A stretch of DNA of 60,083 nt, filler included, from Porpidia crustulata (Eukaryota), in assembly GCA_964255105.1 (NCBI GenBank). It is 9 parts of 9 records of this genome, joined end to end, with 100 filler letters (N's around TTAATTAATTAA, not from the genome) between each part and the next. Parts side by side here need not be neighbours in the genome. Positions count along the whole stretch, not along the records: positions 46,841 to 53,413 come from CAXUWE010001507.1; positions 53,514 to 60,083 come from CAXUWE010001508.1; 7 more parts are not named here. One strand, 5' to 3'. The translations under genes and the position numbers were made by a program. The notes beneath the pieces were generated by a model. That model ran no database searches. It was not told the origin of the DNA and saw nothing but the letters and a program-made list of their open reading frames with translations. Shown one piece after another: positions 48,829-60,083 of the stretch. Each line of letters starts with the position of its first letter. The first letter of the stretch is position 1.

Positions 48829-51800
48829 ATGCCTCATGCAACAAGCCCTCGCAAATCTCAAGAAGAGCAAGATGATATTTTGATTCAACTAGCGCTTGAT
48901 CCAGAAAACGCCTTAGACTTTTCTCGTGATCTAGAGCCAGGTGAGAAGGCGGATGACGCAATTGATTTCGGTGACCTGGGTGATGATGATCTTGCCGATG
49001 ACGATGAGGAAAATAATGTACCGCTTGGTCCGGTGACTCACACGAGGGACGCTGAAGATTCTTTCGGCGACCAGGGGACCCTCCTCGAAGACGGGAGTCT
49101 GCCGCTGTTGACCTACGAAAACGACCTAAATGCAGATGGTGATGAGCTCGAGGACCTGTTTGGAGATGCAATTTCTTCTCCCATAAATGTAGGTGATGAA
49201 ACCAGAGAAGACCAGCTACCAACAACATCGGACGATGTGGATATACCCTATACACTTGGAGACGTTGCGTCTAGAGGCTCGTCGATATTATCCTCTCGTC
49301 AGCCACGAGAAGATTTCATAGTCCAATCTCGGGACTTTTTCCGACCGGTTGCTTTTAGCTCCGACGATACTGCACTTTCAAAGGAGCAACAATTACAGCA
49401 GGATCTTTTTGCGATGTCGAATTCTGGCCCGGGCATGACGGATACCTTACCCTTTAATGCACAATATAGCGAGAATCAAATTGCAAGCATCTGGCCAAAA
49501 TTCGAGCGAAATACTATCCTACGATTCATGGACTTGATTCCACACAAGATAGCTCATTTTACCGGCAAGAAACCTGTAAAGGCCCCCAAACCTGTACACC
49601 CGACCAGATTGAGCCTGGAAGTGGCTCCAGACCAAGAGAAGAATTTTAGGCTACCTTCGAGTTCACGCAGAACAAAGCAAGAGGACATGGACCAATCAGG
49701 TCTGGTAACAGTACAGAGAACCTCGCCTGACGAGAGGCACATTGACCATAGCTTAGAGATAGGCTCGGACTCTGAGTATGAGCCAGTTGGAGGGGTTACG
49801 TGGCAGGATTTACAGCTCGTGTGCGAAGATTGGGAGTATTACCATGCGGAAGGACCTCAAAGCCAGGAGGAAAATCAGGATCCTTGGATCGGCACATACG
49901 AAGATCGCACTTTCGGTCTTGATCAAGAGACGAAGGACCATCAAAGTAGGCATCTTAGAAAGGTACGCATTACCCAAGCGTTCAAAGTTTTCTCATCGGC
50001 TTAGAAGCGTGTAGAGACGTAAGCTAGAACATTCTGGGATGAACATATTTAAAACCCTGCGCTTCTCTTGTCCTTCCTTAGATGATCTCGAGGGAGCTAC
50101 TGCGATAATTGCACGAAAGGTAACCCTGGATCTGAACGATTTGCGGCTTCTAATAGACAGTGATCATACCAAACGTATCTCTGGCAAACCATCCGTTGGC
50201 CAAGACCTGAACAAAGAGCAGCGTGGATCGTTTCAAAAAAGTTTGAGCCAGCGATACAACATCTCTAACGATGAGGCGTATGACTTGCTCAAAGAGAATC
50301 ACCAAAGTAGAGTCCGGAGTACACTCGGTAACCTCACCGTGGATCACAGCTTGCCAGCGATAAGGTTGCAGTGGCCTTTTGTAAGTTTAGATTGATTAAC
50401 CATATACGACGAAATAGACCTTTACTAAACCTCCCTAGTACAAGACCAAGTTGGAGAAAACAGAGGCTCGATCGTTCCATAGACCTACCATAAGGTTCAT
50501 GCGTAACGAGCATATCACGTTCAGCAAACCACGTATCGTGAAAAGGAAGCACTTAAAAGGTAGAGATACAAAAAGTATATTTGGATCCTCCAAAGACCTC
50601 TCACTGGGTGATAATTCCAATATGCTCCTGATGGAATATTCTGAGGAGTACCCGACGATGATGTCAAATTTCGGTATGGGTAGTCGGTTGATCAATTATT
50701 ATCGTCGAAAGAATATGGAAGATAATTCTCGGCCAAAGCTCGACGTTGGAGAAACCATGGTGCTTCTGCCGCAGGATAAGAGTCCTTTATCTACATTTGG
50801 CCACATTGACCCTGGACAGATCACGCCTGCTCTGTATAATGCTATGTACAAGGCGCCAATATTCAAACACAAAGCCAGGCCGTCAGACTTTTTGGTAATT
50901 CGAAACAGCACAGGGATTAGTGGTCACACTTATCATGTCAGGAACATTGAGAACCTTCACGTGGCCGGGCAGGAACTCCCCTCCATTGACGTCCCAGGAC
51001 CACACTCCAGGAAAGTTACGACAGCGTCCAAAAACCGTCTGAAGATGATCTCCTACCGCCTCATCCGACACGGAAAGGCTCACCGTGTGGGCGTCGACCA
51101 GATCACCAAGCACTTCGTAGATACGACTGATATGCAGAACCGACAAAAAATGAAGGAATTCATGCAATTCTCGAAAGAGCACAAACAGTGGGTAATGCGG
51201 CCAGGCGATGAGGTTCCGGACGAAGTCGTAATACGAGCTATGGTGAAACCTGAGGATGTCTGTCTACTTGAGTCCATGCAAGTTGGCCAGCAACATCTGC
51301 AAGATGCAGGCTTCAGCAAAGGGGACGACGATTCTGAAGATGATGACGCTAAGGAAGGGCAAAGCGTTGAGCAGCAGCTTGCGCCGTGGTTCACATCTAG
51401 AAATTTCCTTAACGCTGCGCAGGGAAAAGCTATGCTGCAGCTCCATGGGGAGGGTGATCCATCAGGCCGGGGCGAGGCGTTCAGCTTTATCAAAACATCA
51501 ATGAAAGGCGGGTTCAAAGCTATGGGCGAAAGTGTCGAAGACAAGCTGGACGCGAAGAAGCTCAAGGAGCTTGGTGGACACAGCTACAATGTCGCCCGGC
51601 AACAAAAAAAGTATGAAGAATCGATACGCCGGATCTGGGACGCCCAAAAGCAAAGTCTTTCGTCAGGACTTGAGCAATCTGATACTGACATGGATGCCGA
51701 TCATAACGAGGAAGCAGATGATTTCATTGCTAACGCAAGGACTCCACGATCTGAAGTGCAGACACCTGCTACGCTACGTCGTCGGGACGATGAGACTGCG

Positions 51801-52569
51801 AGCCAATTCAGTAAATTCAGTACCGACAGTCACAGTGGCAAAATTCTTAGAATAGTGCGCCACGTCCGAGATAGCCATGGCACCCTTGAGCGAGTTGAAG
51901 ACACCATACGTGACCCTCGAGTTATACGTCAGTACCTTAAGCGGAGACATGCCAAGGAAGCTGAAAGCACAATGTATATTCCACTTGCTCGAGGTCGGAG
52001 GGTATTAGACTAACAGCGTCGAGGTTATCAGAAATCGAGCCCACAGGGGATGCGGAGCAGGATCGTCGTAACCAGCAGAGGTAGCTTTCCATCCATTGTG
52101 AAGGTAGCCTTGCAGCCTGTTCATTGACTGTTTTCAAGGGTTCAAAAAGAGCTCGAGCGCCTTGAACGCAATAGAGATCGCCGACTCGCTCGCGACAAGC
52201 AAAAAGGCCTACATATTGGCTCGCATGCGGATGGTGCAGCCGATGCCACAAGTGCGCCGGATTCTCCTACTATTACTATGGCGCCAAAAAATGCAGGCAC
52301 TCAACGCAAATGCAATGTCTGCGGCCAAGTCGGCCACATCAAAACCAACAAAAAGTGCCCCAAACAATCTCATCTATCATCTATCCCCAGCTTTCTTTAG
52401 TTTCCTTCCGTAATTGTTTCACTCTCTTTCTGCTTCGATAAATTAAGAATGATGTCGCTGACATGAACATTCGTTCGTTCCTAGACTTTGCCCTGCGCTT
52501 AACGGTACCATGAAGCAAGAGGATGGCTTCAGCGATTCAGCATTTGCGATAGGTGCGCCCAAAGTATAA
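48829..52569 (+). CDS. TAF1: TFIID subunit Taf1
   Basis: RDLEPGEKADDAIDF, RYNISNDEAYDLLK, LLMEYSEEYP..MSNFGMG, GPHSRKVT, LAPWFTSRNF, LHGEGDPSGRGEAFSFIK and C-terminal zinc knuckle CNVCGQVGHIKTNKK; several introns. Confidence 0.96.
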
Positions 52570-53513
52570 GCTCTACGCAGGAATATTTTCGCCTACTCCT
52601 GGTATCACGTTTGCTCTAGAAATCCACAAATGGGGATTCTGCGCGTTCTTTCCCAACGCGATTGTGGGTTTGTTAGTAGAGAATGCCAAGGTAGTGAGGA
52701 ATCCCAGGTTTGCTGAAGGGGCGAGCTTGCTTGACTGGTATGACTCTCAGAGATCGTGAGAGGGGCCTCCAGTCTGATGCTCAATGATACTAGCCATGTT
52801 CGGCCATTGTCGCTAGTCTCTATGTCCTTAAATGGGTGACCTAGGATGAGCCGCTTCATACAGTATCGTATGCAGATGTGTATGTAAATATCGTGTAAGT
52901 TTTGAGACTCGAATGGAACGAGCCGTGAGGGTCGATTGGTAGCCTCGGTACCTCAGACATGTATCTGACGTAGCTGCGCCATATACAGGATTCCTTCAAC
53001 TATCAGTATCTTACCTTATGCTTCCGAGTCTAAAGTCATGTAAATTACGAGATATACATTATTAACGACGTGTAAAAGTCCGAATCACAACAAAGATATG
53101 CCAGCTTTATTTTTTGCGCGTGGACTTTTCTCTTTAAATCTATATCGATTTAATTACGGGAACTACTGATCGTACACCCCCCCATATGAAGGATTAGTGT
53201 TAGGGTTATAAACCTTCTCATTATCAAATCGCTTCTTCATCATCTGCTTGAAAATTATCGAGCAATTGCACCCTGTTCTAAATCGATCAAGAAATGCCCC
53301 TTTCAAAATTGAAATGTCGTTCAAAGACCTACTACAGTCCGTCTAGAAGGTGTAATTGCCTCCTCTTGATCCTCGCGCCACTGCCCGCTTCCCACTTTCA
53401 CTCCCCCCTCCCTNNNNNNNNNNNNNNNNNNNNNNNNNNNNNNNNNNNNNNNNNNNNTTAATTAATTAANNNNNNNNNNNNNNNNNNNNNNNNNNNNNNN
53501 NNNNNNNNNNNNN

Positions 53514-54843
53514 AGGTGGGCGGCAGGGAGGGACTGGAAGTAGCGGCGTTTCTGGCGCGGAGCGGGTAGTTAGAATATTTTGTTCCATAGAACTCGGGAG
53601 CTGACATGGAGTTTCTCGACAGACATACCTCCACAAGATTCATCCCCTCCGCTCTGACCTTTCCTTTCAAATGCACACTCTCTTCCCTCAACACTCCACA
53701 GTCCGCACAGTACCATTCCTGTTCCTCGATTCGCACCACGTCCCACGGTATTGGCGGGTCATGGCAATACTGGTGCCAAGGCGTATTACACCCATCACAA
53801 AACACAATCACATTACTCGCTGGGCTGTGGCCTCGCCCGCAATTCTTACATACGCTTGCTTCACCTGGCTTCCTGTATCGTTTCTTCCCGTTTGCCTTCT
53901 TTTCGTTACTTGTTCTTTCTATCGTTTTCGGGCCAACTGTAGGTGTCGCCTCAGTAGTTGACTCGAGATCAATGACCGTCCTGGACACAGGCGTGAATGC
54001 AGTGGCTTGACTGATTTTTCTGCCTGATCTTGACTGGGTTGGCAAGGGCATGAATGTCTCACTGACGTCCGTGTCGTCCTTGTCGCCTTCTTCTTCATCC
54101 TTCCTCTTCCTCTTGATCCCTTTATTAAGCCCCTTATCCAGCGATGTCACAGTCCTAGGTCCCCTACTTGCCGAAGTTCCAGCTCTGCTTCCTCTTGGTC
54201 TCCCCCCTCCGAAACCTCTTCCCCTTCCAATATTTGTTCCCTTCCTTTTCCCTCTCTGGCTACCAATCGGCGTTATTCCGTCGCTCGTTCCCGTCGGATT
54301 ATCCACAGCGGCTTCAACCTTGACCTTTGGTGGCCTACCACCTGTATTTCTGCCACCTCTCCCTCTCCGTCCTCCAGTCTTGGCTCTTTTCATTTGAGGT
54401 ACTGTAGCGGGAGTGTCTGGACCCTGTGTTGTGACCATCGGATCAAGCACAGAATTTCGAACTGCTTCCCAGGTAGCGCTAGGTGGCAACAGGGTTTCCA
54501 CTACGAACAGAGGAGGTGCAGTAGCTGCAGGTATGATATTGGCTGGGGCCGTCAAAGGGGGAGCAGGAGTAAAGGTCACCTTCGGCGTTATGGGCTCAGG
54601 CGGCAGGGTTGCTGCTGTTGGTATAACATGTTCATACTCTTGGATCGGATGAGCTGCACGAGCTTTACCGCTCCGTTTAGGAGGATGCTGCGGGGTAAGG
54701 TTGCGCTGCGGGGAGAAGCGGATTTCTTTCCTTGGTTGCTCTAAGCTGTGGATATGGGGATTTGCGGGTTTGAGCCTGGGATAAGAAGGGGCGTTCCAAT
54801 CAGACTCGTCCGTTGTAGAACCCATTGGAAGAGGCGTTGCCAT
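53514..54843 (-). CDS. PHD-finger chromatin protein (S. pombe Phf1/Phf2-like), 3' truncated
   Basis: PHD CKNCGRGHSPASNVIVFCDGCNTPWHQYCHDPPI...WYCADC, AT-hook-like GRPPK and GRPRG, and SRSGRKI motif. Confidence 0.85.
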
Positions 54844-55164
54844 TCGATTGATACAAGTAGTGGGAAGGTGCAGCTTTGTGCCACTGCTTATCGAACTTCG
54901 TATGAATTCAGTACGAAAACCAGCCTTGCAAGGCGACAATGCAGGAAGCACTTACTTGCGCCCTATAAGGCAACAAGGCAATAAAATTAAGGTGGTAGTA
55001 TACACCCCTAGTTCGGTCACTGTGCAAAGGGTTAGGGTTACAAGATCGTTTCACAGCTAGCGTGACCGAACTAGGGGTGGATAGTGCATCGGTGTTTGCT
55101 TGAATAGAGGATTACCATTTCTGCTTTAACTTTTCTCCTTCATTCATGCAATGACTATCTAAAA

Positions 55165-56801
55165 CTACGCTACTATGCCATCAGTCTTCAGCTTGACTAT
55201 GTCTGTCTCACTCATACCCAATATACCCCCGAGAACCTCATCAGTATGCTGACCTAACAGCGGTGGGGGCGTTCTTATACTAGGCTCTGAATACGAATAC
55301 TTCACAGGTGTATTGACCAGCTTCATGGGCCCGCAGACCGGGTGCTCAACTTCTTTCACCATATCACGGGCCAGAACTGCAGGTTTCTATCAATGCGATG
55401 GATCTTGGATTGGTCTAGGACCATAACTTACCGTGCTCGTGGTTCAACGTCCCTTGGATATCATTTACTGCGGCGTAAGGCATACCGCTCTCGTCTAGAA
55501 GTTCCAGCCACTCCGTCGTTGTTCTCTTCCGGGTTTCCTCTTCGATAAGGGCTTCGAGGGCAACTCGGTTTTTGACTCTTACGGTATTATTGTTGAATCT
55601 ATCATCTGTCTTCCACTCTGGTTTTCCGATTTTGTCGCAAAGGATGCCAAAAAGTCGATCATTGCCACCCCCAATTAGAACATCGCCGTCCTTGGTTTTG
55701 AAGCCTTGATATGGAACGATGGACGCTAAGAAGTGTTAGGATTAAAAAAATATCAGACTATGGGCATTGAGACATACGATGCGCGGTTCCCCACCTCCCC
55801 GAATCAGGCTGACCACTGATCAAAGCGGAACTCGCCAGATTAGCTAAAGTCGCTACTTGACAGTCACTCAGAGCTACGTCAATGTGTTGCCCCTTGCCCG
55901 TCCTTGCCCGACTCAGAAGCGCTGCCATGATTGAGTTGGAGGTGTACAGCCCAGTTGTCAAATCCGTAACAGCAACTCCAACCTTTACCGGTGGACCATC
56001 TCTTGAACCCGTAATATGCATGAGTCCCATCTCGGCCTCGACCATGACATCGTAGCCTGCTCGTCTTCGGTATGGACCCGTTTGGCCATAACCAGTAATG
56101 CTTGCATAGATCAAACCCGGATTTATCTCACTAATAGTCTGATAGTCCATGCCATATTTCTTTAGAGTATCCGGAAGATAATTCTCCACCAAAATGTCAC
56201 AATCTTTTGCCAGTTTGTGCAGGATCTCAACTCCTTCGGGTTTGGCAAAAGAAAGTCCTAACGACTTCTTATTCCGATTTACCTATACAAGTTGCCCTTA
56301 ATAAATTACTCCAATAGTCGACCGCACAAAGTCTTACCGACAAGAAGTAGGCGCTCTCTCCAGGGCCGTCCACATGATTTCCCCGAATGTGCTTCGCGTA
56401 CGGCGGTCCCCATGCTCTTGTATCATCGCCTCTCGTAGGATGCTCTATTTTGATGACTTCTGCACTGAGAGACTACTATGTAAGCTTTCTCGAAGCCTAA
56501 AGTCGTCGCCGTCCTCTTGGGAGGTGCATACTGGGTTTGCGGTCGCCTACCCCAGGTCTCCAAGAATTTGCGTACAATACGGCTGCAGAAGTATTCAGCT
56601 AAGTCTTACAAACCAATCGAGGAAGCTTACCCCTGCCAGAACCCTAGTCATATCCAAAACCCGTATACCGGCCAGTGGCAGCGTGGGGAAGTTTGCGGCT
56701 GCCATGGCCATCCCCTGATATCTCTTGAGATGAGGGCCATTGGGAGCCCTAAGAAATTTCCAATGTCTCCCAAGACACTGGAAAGATCTGCTTGAGCTCA
56801 T
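55165..56801 (-). CDS. CoA-transferase family III (CaiB/BaiF, SUGCT-like), mitochondrial
   Basis: [77 protein letters not shown] and PPPLLGQHT; Arg/Ser-rich presequence; several introns. Confidence 0.95.
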
Positions 56802-57005
56802 TGTACCTTTGTAAAGTTATGATTGTGGAAGGAAACAAGTGAAGACAAGGCGAAAACAAAAGTGGAGCATCATTGGGCGCGGAATTGATGCCCCGCAGCC
56901 GAGGTTCCACGTCATTGCTGTCACTCGATAGTCCATCGATAAATGAACATCTCCATTATTCATCATTTCATCTCCTACTTTTCCAAACCCGCTACCTAAT
57001 CAGCC

Positions 57006-57837
57006 ATGTTCACTGGTATCGTCGAAACCATCGGCAGTAAGTCCACGCTCCACATCATGACCTCGACTGAGCTGCCCAGCTAAGCTGACATAGCCAGCTG
57101 TCTCCGCCCTCGAGCAACAGGATGACACTGCCAGCGGCGGCGGCGGTACGTCGCTGACCATATCCGACTGCGCCGACATTCTCACAGACGCCCACCTTGG
57201 CGACAGCATCAGTATCAATGGTAATATTGTTTTGTCCCCGCTCGCATTGATTCTATAACTTATAGCTAATCATTGATCCGTGATCCAAGGCACCTGTCTA
57301 ACCATAACGTCCTTCACCCCCAACGACTTCAAAGTCGGCGTCTCTCCAGAAACGCTTCGCCGAACAAATTTGGGGTCCCTCGCTCGCACCTCTGGTGTGA
57401 ACCTCGAGCGCGCCGTCTCTGCCTCGACCCGCATGGGTGGCCATTTCGTTCAAGGCCATGTTGATACCGTCGCCAAGATTGTTTCGATAACGCCCGATGG
57501 CAATTCACTAGTATTTCGATTGCAGCCCCGTGAGAAAGAGGTACTGAGATATATCGTGGAGAAAGGATATGTCACGCTTGACGGAGCGAGCTTGACGATC
57601 ACGAAGGTGGATGATGCGGAAGGTTGGTGGGAGGTCATGCTGATTGCCTACACGCAAGAAAGGGTCGTCATGGCGGGGAAGAAGGCTGGAGAGGGGGTGA
57701 ATGTGGAGGTGGATATGGTAGGGAAGTATGTGGAGAAGAGCGTGAAAGGGTACTTCGAGGGGGAGGGGGGTGGTGAGATTGGCGTATTGGAGAAGATGGT
57801 AAGCAGGATAGTAGAGAAGAAGATGGCTAAAGCATGA
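57006..57837 (+). CDS. RIB5: Riboflavin synthase
   Basis: MFTGIVE N-terminus, GDSISING/TCLT, VNLERA, MGGHFVQGHVD, KGYVTLDGASLT and VNVEVD; two introns. Confidence 0.97.
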
Positions 57838-58497
57838 ATGTCAGCAGATTTGAAGGGGGACGCCGGCCGTCATCGAAGTAGACAAATCACAAATGGGTAG
57901 GTAACAAAACTGTTTTCTGGACGTCAGTAGACCTTGTATAGAAGAATCTGCATAGAATGTATGGTTGTCAGAGCCAAACCTGATGTGAAATTAGAAAACG
58001 CTGGAACGTCATTCCTTGATCTAATACATAATATTTTGCTCATCACAACGCTTTCAATTCTCCAAGTAGCGCCATTTCAGATTTCATGCAAACGAAAAAC
58101 GCAAGATGTGAGTGGTGAAATGATGTGGATACTCAAAGTGTATGTGATACAAATTATTGTATCTATGAATATGATATACTCGACATGTAATCTTCCTTGA
58201 CTGTAAAAATCTCAAAAAGGGATATTTGCGTATAATCGAAAAAGGAGACGTCCAAACCCCGTAGACTGGTCTGTAATCATTTCCAATACGTCTTGGGGAT
58301 CTCGAAGCCTTACTGCTTGGGTCTTCTTTGAGCTCTGTTGTCCGACATCTTTGAAGTTGCAGTAATGAGCTACTCTTATGCCGGGTAGTGGTTTTCCTGA
58401 TATTAGCAAGAGACACAATATATGGTCGAGAGGACAAGCCAATGATCAAGTCGAAACTAAACAATCGGATCCAATTTACGACCAGGCCAGTCAATTA

Positions 58498-59308
58498 TCA
58501 AGGGGCGCGTGACCTACGATTACCGTCTCTCACAATCTGGCACGGTGAGTCGTCCAGAGCTGATTCCTCGCAATTGGATTGGAAATGGAGGATGAGTTGA
58601 AAATAACTTGGCCTTGAGATTGTTTTGACAGGCTGCAGCGCCGGAATCTCATCCAGAACCCACTCCGAATAATGCATAGGAAGAACGCGCAGGAAAACAC
58701 TCAGCCAACAAAGCACTTCCATGCTAGAGATATTGTGCTATATCTGGCTCCATACACGAGCATCGATGGCGGATTCAGGGATATCTCTATTCTTCTCGAA
58801 TATGGGAGGGCCGCTGAGGATCCACGTGAAGCACAAGTTACGAATTGCATGGAAACGGTGCCGCAGAATTATATTCGGGAGATAGAGCATACAAGTTTGA
58901 AGTCTAGTTGAAAAAAAATTGCAAGAGTAAAGATATTCAATAGCTTCGGAGTACCTATGGTGTGTCAGAAATGCATAGATTTGAACTGGACTCCACGCCT
59001 ACACCTGGCGACAAGTTCGAAGGACTGCGAGGAGATTATCGCCATGTGGTAAGATACAGCCATGAGGTAGACTACGAGCAGAGACGCCCTTTGCGCACGC
59101 TAAGATCATAGGAATGACCACCTTGCCGCAATTCCATACGGAGCTTTATAAGAAGCGTAGACCCTAGTTGATGAGAAGCTTCTTCTTTGTTGCGCCCATT
59201 TGCCTGGGACGTTATGCTCAAAGATCGCTTCCGAGGCTTCAGCAGGTCTGGCTCTTGAATAAATGGCTCCAGCTCGTAATCGAAGTCATCATTGCGGTTA
59301 GTATCCAT
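58498..59308 (-). pseudogene. Degenerate fungal F-box-like (DUF7730-type) gene
   Basis: Reconstructed by hand: LLIKLRMELR, LLAVLRTCRQV-intron-YSEAIEYLYSCNFF, RFHAIRNLCFTW and WSQI*HNISSMEVL, with TAG at 58738-58740 at a Trp position. The first exon is frameshifted. Confidence 0.65.
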
Positions 59309-59767
59309 AAAGGGAAAATTCTGTGAGAAATAGAGTATAGGTATTTTGAAGGGCATGCAGCAGATCGATTAGCAGTTGCAATTTGCCTATTACAGTCTCG
59401 AGAGATTGATATGATTTACTTCTGACAATTATTGCGCGACTGAAAGGACATGCATCATCATGCCATGTTGAAATCCATTGACATAGGGCTGGGATCTTCG
59501 TCGTGCTTTAGTCAGCCAGTCTACGCAAGGTCATTGGCCAATGTCAGACCCTGGCATTCGTCATCCCCCCTGAGCTCGGGTAAGGAGCCCAGTAGCGCAC
59601 TTCGGCTCCCCGAGATCAAGGTACGACAGATCTACCTACTATTACTACTTGTAAGCTTCCCGCGACCTCAGCTCCCTTCCCAACTGCAACCACTCTGCCA
59701 TTTCCATCCGCACAACCAATTGACCCAAATTTAAATCCCATTATCCCAAAATCCTTTACTTATTATC

Positions 59768-60083
59768 ATGTCTACCCGTAAGAGAAAGCAGGAGGAGGAG
59801 GAAGAGCTGCAGGCACTTCCTAGCGACGAAAGTGACGAGGAAGAAGAGTAAGCAAGGCTACCCATCTTGACGTCATGCCCCTTTCCCGCGCATCCAGTAC
59901 GCAAAGCACGGCGAAAGCATGTCGGCGATGATCCACCAACGCGCCAATTGCGCGCTCTCTATCATCTCCAATGCTTTAAATCTCTTCTTGCAGTATACAT
60001 TGAACCCAACAACTTATCGCATACCAACAGATACGAAGCTTCCGACGCCTCCGACGTCGACGACGAAGAAGCATCTTCCGAAG
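59768..60083 (+). CDS. Small acidic nuclear protein, N-terminus (truncated by window end)
   Basis: MSTRKRKQEEEEELQALPSDESDEEEE, intron 59848-60030 (GTAAGC...CAG), then YEASDASDVDDEEASSE; NLS-like RKRK. Confidence 0.7.

Noticed and set aside
6612..53513. Regularly spaced TTAATTAATTAA palindromes about every 6.7 kb as a biological repeat array
   Set aside because: They are always embedded in 44+44 N and separate size-sorted contigs, so this is an assembly linker. ORFs running into X…LIN are artefacts.
59848..60030. Longer-than-usual intron as a snoRNA host
   Set aside because: No convincing C box (RTGATGA) plus D box (CTGA) pair or H/ACA structure visible.
1..60083. Whole window as one gene cluster or one Starship with cargo (P450, dioxygenase, MFS, SDR, monooxygenase)
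   Set aside because: These genes lie on different, artificially concatenated contigs; linkage across spacers is unsupported.

Overview
Eukaryotic (filamentous ascomycete, Pezizomycotina; a lichen-forming Lecanoromycete is plausible but is inference) nuclear DNA. It is not one locus. Nine unrelated contigs of steadily decreasing length (6611, 6607, 6598, 6591, 6579, 6578, 6576, 6573, 6570 nt) are joined by 100-nt spacers (44 N + TTAATTAATTAA + 44 N), so adjacency across spacers is artificial. Intron-containing genes recognised: Nma111 HtrA protease, a probable DnaJ-type protein, a Yke4/ZIP7-like zinc transporter, Nop16, a PTH11-like membrane protein, a CYP52-like P450, epoxide hydrolase, glycogen synthase, Mre11, a 2OG-Fe(II) dioxygenase, a GH16 glucanase, Tgs1, Taf1, a PHD-finger protein, a CaiB/BaiF CoA-transferase and riboflavin synthase. 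About seven accessory genes are pseudogenes, mostly broken by C>T/G>A nonsense changes; one is a Starship-type DUF3435 recombinase relic. The most striking observation is an Rsc9-like RFX winged-helix domain inserted in frame into the cytosolic loop of the ZIP zinc transporter.
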